NCBI GenBank assembly: GCA_038496445.1
Contig: JALMLS010000619.1
Location: forward strand, 924 to 64,923
DNA length: 64,000 nucleotides
From: Trichosphaerium sp. ATCC 40318
Taxonomy: Eukaryota; Protista; Tubulinea
Direction: 5' to 3'
The position numbers were made by a program, and so were the translations under genes. The notes below the pieces were generated by a model. That model was not told the DNA's origin and did not search any database. It saw only the letters and a program-made list of their open reading frames with translations. This document shows, one piece after another, positions 1 through 12,426 of the stretch. The first letter of the stretch is position 1, and each line of letters begins with the position of its first letter.

Positions 1-3000
1 GCACCTCCACTACTATACCCACCTGCATCACTGTCATTGAAATCATCACCAGACCAGTACGACTAAGCACATTATGTTAGATACACATTTTGGATTCATA
101 GCACATACTGCTTCATTTCTAACAACATCCCAATCAACACGATTACCCTGTCGCAGAATAGGCTCATCGTCTTCAATCGTAGCTGGAGTTTTACGCCAAG
201 GTACTGACTCATCAGGTTTTACACTAGGCTTTTTCTTGCCAAGCTTAACTAACACAAACCATTAGCTTGTACAATACTAAGTGATTAGTTTTTGCACGTA
301 CTCTTAGCAGAGATACCCATACCCAAGCGCTTCTTTACCCTGTTGCGCTTATCTTCATTCTTTATAGGTATAGCCTTTAGCTTACGGCCGCGAACATCTG
401 CAGGACTATAACGTGATTAAGCAAGAAAATTAAGAACCAAAAAAAAAAGCGTATAGCATTAAGGCTCATTAAACAAAGTGTACCGTGCAGAATCTAGCAT
501 GCTATCAGACAAACTCCCATTAGCAGATTTCATAGAACGAGCGCTCTCCATGACCTTATATTGCTTCAACTCATTTGACATGCCAGCGTTTTTATGCTCT
601 AATTCATTCTTTTCTTTGAGTAAAAACTCCAAGTTTTGTTGGAGAGTCTCTTGTTGTTGTTTCAGGTGCATAATATACTTTTCAGAGTGCACCACACGAC
701 CACTATCGCTCACACTACCATCCTATAAACACATCTATGTTAGTTTAACACGCAACGAATAGCGGTATATAAAATGGCGTGTACGTGATAAGCTGATATA
801 CCACCAGTGGGACCAAATCCAGATTTAGGTCGCAGTTGTTTTGCCCCTGATACAATAACGCGAGGCGCTGCAGGTTCACGCGTATCTGCTCGGAGAGAAG
901 CTACTTCACGCCTTAGAGCCTATAGTGTGTTAGTCTGGGTTCCATAGAGGTGCTTTATTTCAAAAAAAAACAAAAAGCCCAAGTACTTTTCTTGACACAT
1001 CAAGCTCTGAGCGCAACGCCAATTGCCCGTCATCGAATATTTTTTGTATGCGCTCTTTGTCTTTGGTTGAGAGCTTGTATTTAGTTCCTTCAATTTCTTC
1101 TCGTGCCTAACTCAACAAATTACACCCCAAAAAAAAAACAAAAAGAAAACAAAACAAAAATAAATGTGAAATACGTACAATGGAAAGCTCTGACTCTAGG
1201 CTGAGAACCTTACCCATAAGCATGCTTTCTTGCCGCGCTTTTTCGTTGGTTATATCAACTAGAGCATTGTACTTATCCATAACTTCAAACAATCGCTTTT
1301 CAACACTACGTGTTGTTTCTTGTTCGCGTTTAATCTGCTCTTGTAACATTCTTGAGTCTGGATGAGCTTGCGAGTACGAGTTGATATCACGTGGAACCCT
1401 ATCTCGAACGGTTATATTTTTTTTTACTACAAACCAATAATACTAGTTATTACTAACCCTCGCAAAGACGCTTTACGCAGCGAATCACGTCTTATATGTA
1501 TGCTAGTACGCTTCACTTCATCTACTTCAGTGCGTAACTCTTCTGTACGATTTTTTAAGTCCCTGATGAGCTTCACTTTAAGTGCTAGCTTATTCTAAGC
1601 AGAACTGCGTAAGCAAAAATAACGCCATTGACAAAATATCCTATCCGTACACTCAAGGTGTTGTTACGTTGTTGCTCCTTCTCTAGGTCAGTGGTGAGCC
1701 TAGCTATTTTTTCTTCCTTTAATTGGTTTTGTTCTTCATATAAATAGCGCTGATCCTTGAGTTGTTGTTCTAATTGATCAACTTTGGCTTTGTACGCGGA
1801 AAGAGCAGTAGGTGTCATCATGTCATATTTTACTTTTTTTGTTTTATCGCCAGAGAAGGATGAATCATCAGAATCTTCATGAGCGTCAGTTGTATCTCCT
1901 GCGCCATCAGTATCGTGACCCGCATGTGCAGTTTTATTGGTGCCAGTTCTAGCAGACCCCTCTGTTGGTGCTGTGAAAGCACGCGAACGTGAACGTGTAG
2001 AAGCTGTTTGGGACTCTGTACAAAAACTCTTGTTAGAAACAGAAGTAATTCGAAAAATGAGGGGTTAAAAAAATAAGTGGTATACCTGTAGGTTTAAATA
2101 TTCGCAATTTCTTGATCTTGCTTTTGGACTTGCCACGTTTATACTTTTTCTTATCTTTTTTTGATTTCTTTTTACTTTTACGTGGTGTACCACCTGCAGA
2201 AGCAACCTGAACCCCTTCAGATGCTACGTAACAAATAAGCCAAAAATAATTACGAAAGAGTTTTCCAAAAAAAAAAAAAAAAAAGGAAAAATATTTACCT
2301 TCATCGCCACTAGTGCCATAAGCACCACCATCTGTATCTATGGTAACACCCTTGCTACGCGCTGCACTACGACCGCTCTACAATTGGACTGTTAGAAAAT
2401 GAGAATAAAAGAAAAAAAAGATATTTTGTGACACTTCACGAAAAACGGCCGTTTGGCGCTCATAAACACTCGATACATACCATATCGCTCATTAGCACTT
2501 CCAGATGCAATTTACCCCTTACTTTCTCATCTAAATTCCGACCTTGCAATTCGTACCATCCTTTAACAGGGTTTTCTACCGGTAATTCCGAAATAGCGCA
2601 CTCTATTTGACCCATAAAATTACTTTCGCCATTCCATACAGAAACGAGGAGAGTTTGGTCTTTTTTGGCAAGGTCTTCAGCGCTACAAAAATAACAACCA
2701 GTCAGTAAAAATTATTACAAGCGCATGCAATAAGGTGGTGTTCATAAAAAAGGCTTGTAGTATAAATTCTTGCAAGCAACAATTCTCTGCTTTTTGTTTT
2801 CTTCAAGTTGACATTTTCTCGCTTTTGGAATTGATTGCTTTGAAAGACAAACCACGAGAGGCTTGGTGTATACGTACAAGAAAAATCGCTGCTTCCAAAC
2901 GGGTTTGTTGGTTTGATTAGCTACCTTCGTTCTAAAATGCATTTTACCGCATGTAACTACACAAAATGGATTGCATGACGCTAAATCGTGTTAGAGCAAG

Positions 3001-3189
3001 GGTTTATAACGAAAATTACTCGTAGTTGGGTTTTTTTGTACGCACCGGCTTGTTTCTTGCCAGATAGCCCTCGAGCTTCTATAACTGTACGAACACGTTA
3101 GCCACGGACTATGATACATCTTATTGGAATACAAACATACCAGAAACTGCAAGTTGCTGTTGTTTCTTCTCTTGATTCGAATTGGACAT
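1..3189 (-). CDS. N-terminal C2 domain + long coiled-coil protein (multi-exon; 3' end runs off the window)
   Basis: Hand-spliced from ATG at 3189: MSNSNQEKKQQQLAVSVIEARGLSGKKQAASCNPFCVVTCGKMHFRTKVANQTNKPVWKQRFF-AEDLAKKDQTLLVSVWNGESNFMGQIECAISELPVENPVKGWYELQGRNLDEKVRGKLHLEV, a typical C2 pattern. Then a K/S-rich linker and heptad-rich exons (ORFs 1585-1821, 1107-1349, 459-713), with GT-AG introns. Confidence 0.8.
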
Positions 3190-3865
3190 ATTATAATCAA
3201 CTTGTGCTTCAGCACTCCATTTACTGTAATTTGTTTTCTATTTTTAATACCACCAACGACCATTTTTTGACTTGCGTTTTCGTTTATTTCGACAATATGG
3301 CACGCTTGCAAATAGGTAGTACGGATCCCTTTTGTGGCTACAAAGCAAAAGTTGCACTTTACAATTACTGGCCGTTTTTGTTGTACTAGCTGAAAAATTC
3401 GTTGTGAAAGCAACGAGGCCATTTAGGGATAGAGCGTAGTTCGTTCTACACCTTTTAAACGCAAAAGCCGTTTAAAACTGCGCGCAACAGTCCAAACAAT
3501 ACCACAACATAGTACTGTAAACTCACATGACCAAAAAGTTCAATTGGACACCTAATGAAGTCAGATGAATGTCAGTGAAAAAGAGACATCGAGATCTCAA
3601 AAATATGCTACTTCATATTTTATTCAGGGTGCACTTGCATTGGAAGGGGTAATTCAGGTTACTATTGTTGCGTCACGTACGTCAAAAGATCGGTAGAAAG
3701 ATCTTTTCCTTTAAAAGTGGGAAGAAATGACTCCTTTTTTTATGTCTCAACAACGAGATGTCGGTACGCCAAACGCCAATAACAGCTTTTCTGTGTAGCA
3801 CAACTGGAAATTTGCGTACTTTTCATACGTTTTCTGCATTTTCTACATATTAGGTTAACAACACA

Positions 3866-5271
3866 ATGACGGACGTCTACAATTTGCGAGAAACAAGAAA
3901 GTACACCGGATACAACAAAGCTCACCCCGGCCACGACCTTTCAAAATGGATGCAAGCCAACGGTTGGCGGGTAACAAACAAAAACAGAATGTATACTGTA
4001 GAGGCTCGCAAGAAAGGCGCCCATGTAAATTTTCGAGTGCGTAATAGTTATTGGAAAAAAAAAAAAAGTCAAAGCGTTCGTAGCGCCTTTATCAGTAAAG
4101 GCATATTGAGTAGAGTGTCTAATGTCCGTTTAGCCTGAATTCAAAGCAACGTTTACAACGGCTTCGGATGGAAGCATGACAATAACAATTCACTCCTACG
4201 CCACCATAAAAGTAGTAACAGGCACAGTGGTACGTACACGCTTCTTTTGTCCATTTTTTTGTTTTGCCCTCTCTTGTAATTATGCCACGTGCTAGTGGTG
4301 AAAAAAATGTCACAAGTTTTTTTAAAACGACACATGACATCTTTAACTTACTTGTGCTAAAACGTGGCTGCAAAAAACTAACCCACATTAGGTCGGTGTT
4401 CTTACTGGCGGCATAAGCGCAGCTGTTGGAGTTGGTACCTTTGCAGTGCACGCTTCTGGTGCTGAAGCTTTTTTGAGGCAAGTTTGGATCTTTATTGAAT
4501 CACACGCTGCTTCTCCTCCTGAAGTCTTACAACAAGTTGGGTACGACACGCAATACTACTCGTACTATTGAAGCTAACACGAATAGATTCAAACACTTAG
4601 TACCAAAACAAATGGATAACCCAACGCAATCTAGTCCTTCCCCACAGCCTGCGCGTCCTTCGCAACCGTACCCGAACCAATCGTACGGACAACAACCAGG
4701 ACAATATGCGCATCACGCACAACCGACATACCCCACGCAATCGTACGGACGGCAACCAGGACAACCTCTACATTCCCCCCAACCTGTGCATCGTGCCTAT
4801 CCCGCTCAACAATACCCACCACAGCAAGCATATGGCCAACCTCAACCTCATCAGTCACCGCAACCAACACATCAAGCCTATCCTGCGCAACATTATCCAC
4901 CACAGCAAGCATATGCGCAGCAACCACATCAACAAACACAAAGTCACCAGCCTGAACAACATTCAGTACAATACTCATCCGACCATTCACAATCCCCTGT
5001 GCAATACCGAGCGAATTATGCTCCGCCAGCTCAACAGCCGCTTCAGCACTATGGTTCCCAAGAACACCTCAGCCAAACCACCAGTCAATACACTGCTCAA
5101 GCTCCAACAAATGCGACAGCGTCACCTCCTGCATTAGACGCTAGAAAGCAAGAAATCCAAAAAACAATCGCCACAAAGCAAGCAGAGCTGAACGATCTTG
5201 AAAAGAGAGCTGCGCAAATACGTGTTGAAATAGCTACACTGAATGTAGAATTGTTGAATGTACGAGAATAA
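3866..5271 (+). CDS. Hypothetical protein: small alpha/beta domain with Gly-rich hydrophobic hairpin, P/Q/Y/H-rich repeats, C-terminal coiled coil
   Basis: Four exons (3866-4036, 4134-4229, 4392-4540, 4587-5271) splice in frame at GT-AG sites. Contains VVTGTVVGVLTGGISAAVGVGTFAV, internal repeats such as AYPAQQYPPQQAY / AYPAQHYPPQQAY, and terminal heptads. Confidence 0.8.
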
Positions 5272-5576
5272 AGAAAAAACCTTCAAAATTCTAAAGTACA
5301 TATTTTATTTCACGCATGAACAGCTTAGCTTGATGATATCGTAATCACTTCAGCTAAAAGAGGCCTCTTTTTAACACCTCGATTGAAATCCACCCGATAT
5401 GGGAACACTATTTTCCGTACCACAGAATACAAGCACGAGTATACAAAAAGTACAGCTATTGTGCCACCACTATTTTCTTGAATAAGAATAGTGCCATTCA
5501 AAGACAACAATAATCGCAGCTTGATCAGTTTGTCCTAACTACATGGCACCAGAATCACGACTTGTCCAACAATCTA

Positions 5577-5813
5577 AATCCGGAACCCAAATATGTGGAA
5601 TTTTGTCAAAAAAAAGTCAAAAATTCGGCACACTAATTATCCTACATTATGCCATAGGAACTATTTAGAAAGCCAGGTTGGGGGTCAGAGCCTAGTGTCA
5701 ACTGAGAGCCATAACCCAGTTGTCTCCCTTTGTGGCGAACAGTTCAATATCACTTTGACATTTTTCGACTGTTTTTTGACATTTTAGTTTACTGGCTAAA
5801 TCTAGCCCGGATT
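5577..5813. mobile_element. Degenerate MITE-like foldback element
   Basis: Inverted arms 5604-5623 and 5762-5781 match at 18/20; outer AATCCGG (5577) pairs with CCGGATT (5807-5813). Intergenic; no clear TSD. Confidence 0.4.
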
Positions 5814-6088
5814 AAAACTGAAATTAACTTCCGGAAACCTACATACTGGAGCTATTACAAGTACCACCAATTTGCGGAAAATTGTGCGTTTACCACTTAT
5901 TTTTATGGAAGATAAAATAGTAAGTTGTACAATAATACAGTGTGTACACTTTCGACGCTTGCTGAGCTACACTGGCTCGAATTGTGCTTTTTGTGTTGTA
6001 TGTTCAAACATTTTCTCTTTATTTATTTAATACTACTCAAAAGTACAACAACTCGGCGTCGTACTGCGTGTACGAAGGTAATATGGGT

Positions 6089-9000
6089 TTACGAACCTAC
6101 AGCCCGATGTATTTGAGCGTTGTCATCAAATACTGGCCATTGACCACATTCGTTGGCATTAAACTGGTTATAGGCAAATTCTGATCCAAACACGCCGTCT
6201 TTCACAGCATAGTCCCATAGTGTGCCTTCCACTGCAAAATCAGTTGTGTTAGAGCCTTCATGGGATGTTTGGCCAAGAACACCTAAAAAGAAACGAAGTT
6301 AGGCCGCAAAAGTTTAAAAACGAGCGTTAAACATACCATGAGGAAGGTCAGCGCCAGTTTGTTGTCGGTACGACATTTTGAAGTTAATATGACAACTTGA
6401 ATGTTTACTGGAGGAAAATCTAACGGTAAGTCTATAACCGCCAACCATTATGAATGTCTTTCCGTTTTCTCTCTCAGTCCTAAATCGTATGTTTGAGCAC
6501 GTGTGAAAAAAGTTTCTTAGCGTACCTTTTAACCCCAAGGACGTTTCCCTTTAATCGCCGTCCAGGTTCTAAATCGCGACCGTTTAACCGTGCAATGTGA
6601 GTTTGGTTGCTCCTGTCACACTCAAAATAGAGCTGACGGAACTTACGTTCTCCAGAATCACCCATTACACAAACATTTATGCCAACACTTCCCATGTATG
6701 TTTTTGTTTTTTCAGGTCTCAAATCAGCATTAACAAACCGAGAGTTCATTTGGAAACTTGGTGCAGTGACGAGACTATTCAATGATTAGGTTTGTAAACG
6801 AATAAAAGGCATACTTGAACACCATGTCAGGCTTCCCGTGAAAATCTAAACACATTTAGCGAATAAATGTTGGTCTGAGAACGTACCAAAAATTTGACCT
6901 CTGAAGCCTACAAAATGCGGATCTGAAGAAAAATTATACTACGTTGTAACTTAGTGTCATACCTCCTTGGCCTTGTCCATTTGGAGCCATTGTAGTTGGT
7001 GGTGCAGTTGTAGGAACCTACAAAAAGACGAATTATTACAATAATAGTACTACATAACATTACAACTTACAAGGAACTTTCCAGTGGTGCTAGGCGCTAG
7101 CACAGCAGGTGCACTGGTAGTAGGTGGTGCTGGTCGTTGAAAGGTAACGACAAGTTCTAAGGTAAAAGGATAAGTAACATACGCGTGTATTATTTTGTTC
7201 ACAAAATCTTCAAACCTGGTGATCCTGCACTTGCTTGAGCTGAAGCGAACTCTGAAGTTGGTCCTGATGTTTCGTCAGTCTTGATCAACCACCCGTAGTT
7301 ATTTCCAGTATCAAGCCAATGCTGGACGTCTGTCACCATCTCATCAGTACTCATGATGGACGCTACGATCAGTCAACCATTTGAGTCATATTTAAGTTCT
7401 TACTTAATCCTTGAAACATAACAGAGAACGTTGCTGATACAACTTGAGAGAAGTCGCCACCAGGATTGGTCCAGCGAAGAGCCGGATAGAAACTATGTAT
7501 CCAGGTAGCGTCTGACGGCATTGGTAGGGTACCGACGCTAGGATCAGAAGCGAGGGAGTTACCCTCATCTAAAAATTCGTTAAATAAAAAAAATACAATG
7601 GCACGTGCCCCAATTACGCAGAACGTTGTGTACAGAAAAAGAGCTAATAGAAACCTGTGCAGTAGCAACAGTCAATCGTAAGTTTGCACTTAATATTATT
7701 GAACCAGCAGGTATCTGTGATATATCAAATTTAACAGCAAAACGCCTTCTTAGTCCACTACTCGAAACGCCTAATTACTGGTTTACAATTAACAATTGCT
7801 TTTTGTAGTACCAGCTAGTAGTGTAGTTCCTAATCCATTAGCTAAATCGCCTTCTTGATCATCGTATAAAGTAACATCTGCCTCAGGATTCAACGTTAAA
7901 GTATCTGGTGCTGCAGTTGGCTTTATCATTGTAAGTACACAAGTGTTAGATTTTTAACGAACCGTATTTGCAATTGGTGGTAGTGGAGGAAGTGTCATAG
8001 CAGGTGCCATCACAGGAGACATTGTTGACATACTGCAACTAATAACACGTTGAGGATTAAAGTGATAGCCAAGAGCCCTATGCTTTTTATTAGTACTCAC
8101 CAAAACTTAACTAACAGATGGATTGCTTACTCAAGGATTGAAGCTTCTTCAGCAACGAAAGATCGTCTGGTTACACCCAATTGAGTTATAGGTTGAATAA
8201 CAGCATTTGGGAAAGCTGTGCCATCGAGGTGTTGTAAGCTAAATCCCAAACTGCAGAAAACTTAGAATAAAGTGTTGAGTTCTGTACATACGCAAATGTG
8301 TTTGGAGTGAAAATTATTGGAGGTACAACACAGTTCGAGGTTTGGGACGATATGAAAACTAAAGCTCCTGCTCCACCGCTACCAACGTTAGTGTTATTAG
8401 AATAAACACACAGAGTAATTACGTTAAAGCACTGGCATCGACTTGAAGTGCACCATCAGTGTTAAAAATCAGCCCATTACTTGACATTACACCCAAATAA
8501 GACTCAAACGAAGTGCGTGCATTCTTAACGAAAAAAAGTTAGCCGCTTGCCTTTATAAAGCCCGTACAGGTCTACCAAACAAAGACGATCCAGAAGCATC
8601 TACACAACATTATTATATAAATAGTAAAGTATCACGTGCCTGTGTGACTAATGACGCCCATGGCGTGCACCAGCTCGTGCAAAATAACGCTGTAAAAATC
8701 ATATAGCTGTTGACCTTGAGGAACAGGAGAAAACTCAAAATGCCAAGCTTAAATCACATAAGCACGAATCAAATATTTGTCATAAATTTTTAACTTGCCT
8801 GCACCGAAATTTACTCGCAAGGACATTTCGGGAAATCCAGGAAAGTTATCTCCACCGGAAATATACATTGCCTCTGAGCTTGATCGTGCGAAGCCGTCCG
8901 ATATAGGGAAGTAGTACGAGCCTCCCTCAGCAAGAAAAGATTGACCAGCATCATTCACAGATGCTTCAATTACAACTTCAAAAGCTCTCCTTGCTATTAT

Positions 9001-9622
9001 ACTGGTTTAATACAAATAGAAGTCATATTCTTACAATCGCCTGGAGAAGGTAAACGCAGAGAGTTGCCAACGAATTGAAGCACTGCCTCTACAATGCTTC
9101 TTGCCTACATCTGGTAATTAAACACGTGTCTCTAGCCGTTTTTTCTTTAATCGTCAACCTGTGGTCCTTGTACAGCATCATCAAATCCGATGCCTGTTCC
9201 GCTATCCATATAAAACACTTCAAATGATATGCTGTCCGTAATCTTTTCGTCTCTTATTAGCGTTGTCACGAAATAATTAAAGGTTGATACAAAGAGTTGT
9301 AGCACGTGGCTGTTTCGCTACAAGAGCTGGTATTGTCACAGTTTAACGTACCACAATCGTAGTCATAGCATCTCTTTTGCTCGTATGTATAGGAGTGTAT
9401 TCTGCGCATCCACGAGTAGTGCATTTGAACAAAGGCTCGTCTGGTTAAAGAAATTTAACAAAAAAAGCCATTAATTATCATATTTCTTATTTAAAATACT
9501 CTCCGGATGCATGTAGTAAGGTACATACCCAAATCTTGTGCCTGCACTGACAATAAACAAATGAAAAACGCGCAAACCGTCGCTAGAACGCAATGGCGCC
9601 GAAAATATAGGTCCGACTGCAT
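6089..9622 (-). CDS. Secreted zincin metallopeptidase + DNRLRE/CBM96-like domain + Pro/Thr linker + VWD/root-cap-like C-terminal domain
   Basis: Signal peptide MQSDLYFRRHCVLATVCAFFICLLSVQA. HExxH in DFYSVILHELVHAMG (8641-8700), with SLQHLD downstream. DNRLRE-like motifs RRFAVKFDISQIPAGSIILSANLRL, ATWIHSFYPALRWTNPGGDF and VQHWLDTGNNYGWLIK. C-terminal motifs DFHGKPD, SLV...MNSRF, TYMGSVGI, HGVLGQT. Confidence 0.75.
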
Positions 9623-10143
9623 TGATTAGAGAGTAGGCTGTGGAAATGCGCGAAAGTGAGATAGCTTGAGATTATTAACGCCCTCCACCACGTGCGACTG
9701 TGTATGTGCCAATACTGTGGTAAATACTTCGCAAAACAAAAAAGTACACATTGGGAAGCAAATCGTAAGTTACAATGAGCACGTGCAACTTGCATCTTAA
9801 ACTTCCGATACTGTGCACGTGTTTTCGGTATTAGTATGATTAGACATGGTATCGAACAACTGACTTGTGTTTGCACTGCTGTTTTAGCGTATGTACTAGC
9901 CACACGTTTGGTGATAAGACTTTATATATCAATTACAGTAGGTACGCATCTATTAACCTCGAAGAAATACCAAACACAATCATTATACAACTATAACTAG
10001 CAGTCACTGAACACAAATTACAACATTTAGGCTTAAGTGTAGTGCTATATTACAACACTACAATGCATATATTCTTTACTACACGCTTTAAGAAAAAAAA
10101 ACCTTTTAAAAATTGCAACTATAAAGATCACAATTCAAAAGGC

Positions 10144-11945
10144 CTATTCGCTGCTACCAAAGAGTACTTTGATGAAATCTGTGATTTCTGATGCAATTTT
10201 ATCTGCTCCAAGGCTTAAAAATAAGCTATCCTAAACGGTAATAGTCAAGATGTAATTCAAAGCACTTTAAAATATTTATATGTCAAAAAGAACGTACCAA
10301 ATTGTTACCAACATTTTTGTACTCATACTTTGTAGAGAGTTTGGAAGAAAAGAATGTCTCTTGCTCCCAAACACGGTTTGCTACCTCATCAAGCTCTAGA
10401 GCATCATTATGAAGGTGTGGTGCCTGTAAGTGGAGGACAGGAATATCCAAAGGCAAAGAGTAAGCGCCATCTAAAATTGTTAGTTTTTTTTTTCTGATAG
10501 AGATTTAGTCGTGGTACCATTGGTCTTATTCTTGATATTCTCGGCATAGGTTTTCATGAGTTCTAGATTATTAGCATCCCAGTTCTTTCCTTGATTAATG
10601 ACATGCGTCCATATTGGATATAAATCCTCAGGGACGTGCTTGTACAAAAGTTCAAGCTATGGCGAATATCGTTAACGCCACTCTTCGCTAAGTTCGAGTA
10701 AAACAAATGCGTACTTTAAGCAAACCAGCGATTCTTCCCAGTCCGATGACAACAGAAACCTAACGTATTATTAAAACGACAAATGATAAACATCTGACTA
10801 AAAGGCATACGTGTGCAATGTGACATATACGTTCAGCATATCCAATAAGAGTCTCTGCTTGTTCTTTCATGTCTAATAATTTGTTTAAGGCGCAATAGGC
10901 CAATTAATATTGAATGCTTAAAATACCTTCATCAAACATTGCCAAAGGCACAGGTTCGAGCTACAGAAAGTAAATAAAACAACAATAACAATGTCAAAAA
11001 AAAAAAACAAGAAAGACATTTCTTCTTAACGTACGAATACTAGGCCATCAACGTTCTTATAGTACTTGTCCTGAAGCATAACAGACATTGTTAACAGACT
11101 AGCAGATGAGTGACTTGCCACAATGACCTAAACATTGACCATCAATTTGAAAAAATGTTGCTCTACTAAAACAGATAAACCATACCTTTGTGTCTTTGCT
11201 GTTGCGTTCACGTTCAATTAAGGAACGCAAATCATCCATGTTACGAGTAATATCAGTTGCGTTTACCTTATCCGGAAATGTTAGTTGCGTGGTCCAAAGG
11301 TGAGACGAGAGTGATGGTGATTAGAGCCATACGAAATTTTTTTCAGTTTGTTTTTCAAATACGTACTGTGCCCGAGCTACGACCGCGTCCAATCTTATTG
11401 TATGTACATGTGCGTATACCAGGTTTGTATTTCCTCATTGCACGTTGTAGATTGGCGACTTGGAAAATACCTGCGTTGAGATTTAATAAATACGTGCGTA
11501 AACGGCGTGTTATGCGTGATTACGCAAACTTATGCTATTTAGACGTACTTTGTGTAAACCCAGGACAAACAAATAGCAATGTGTCGCTGTAGGCGAATTA
11601 ATATTTGCTAGAGTATTCTTACGCACCTTTCTTTGTTACCGACGCAGTACACTTCGAGTTGTCTATCATTTACAGTCACAACCTCTGACGGCCATTCTAG
11701 ATACACTTTTTCGATCTGCGATACGCCCAAATTGAGCATAAAGCCCACCAGCATAACCGCAATGCATGAGTAAACTATTGTTTGAACAAAGGCTCCAATA
11801 CGCGCATAAATGGATGGCCTGAACACAAACGTAAGAAACTCAACATTTGACGTGGCATGTACGCTGGTTCGCTACGTTTTTGCTTCTGGGATTGTTCCGT
11901 TGCCTTAGCGCCTTCTTTATCCTTGCCTCCCTTGCGCTGTCTCAT
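10144..11945 (-). CDS. Alpha/beta-hydrolase-fold protein with N-terminal membrane anchor, catalytic residues degenerate
   Basis: TM segment IVYSCIAVMLVGFML; VNDRQLEVYCVG; TCTYNKIGRGRS; NMDDLRSLI; elbow VIVASHSSAS; VDGLVFLEP; DIPVLHLQA; terminal helix ADKIASEITDFI. Confidence 0.75.
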
Positions 11946-12426
11946 TCTTGGTGCTGTGCAAACCTCTTATGGTCAAACAAAATCTCAACATTGCAATACA
12001 TAGTGACTGACATTAATTCTACAGTTGGCGCATTATAGCTTGGGAGAAAACCTGTGACAGTCACTTGTCGAGGTTCATAAATAAAACTGGGAGTGTACTC
12101 AGTTGCTACCGAACAACGATTAGATTTAGTAAACAATCAAGGTCTAAAAACGTTGTTGTATTTTCTCACAGGACTGTCAATGCATACATGTAGATTTTCG
12201 TAACGCTTTTAAAACGAATACTGTTGATGAAACGTGCAAGCTGAGAATTGTTGTTTTTATTTATAAACACATGTAACTTGTATGCTGTTTTGGCTAGTAA
12301 AAACAACATCAAGTGTCGCGCTAGAGTCACTAGACATTGATGCCTTGCCTCCCAAAGCTTGTCCAGTTAAGTGAATTGCGAATGAGTAGGATTGAGGAAA
12401 GATAGGTTCTGACATGGATAGTTTTC

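Noticed and set aside
2991-3422. ORF with CxxC and LQACHIV, resembling an HNH nuclease
   Set aside because: It overlaps the first exons and introns of the C2 gene in another frame, and the second half of the HNH motif is missing.
4631-5137. Overlapping ORFs 4631-4990 (-) and 4706-5137 (+)
   Set aside because: Shadow frames of the low-complexity P/Q-rich exon.
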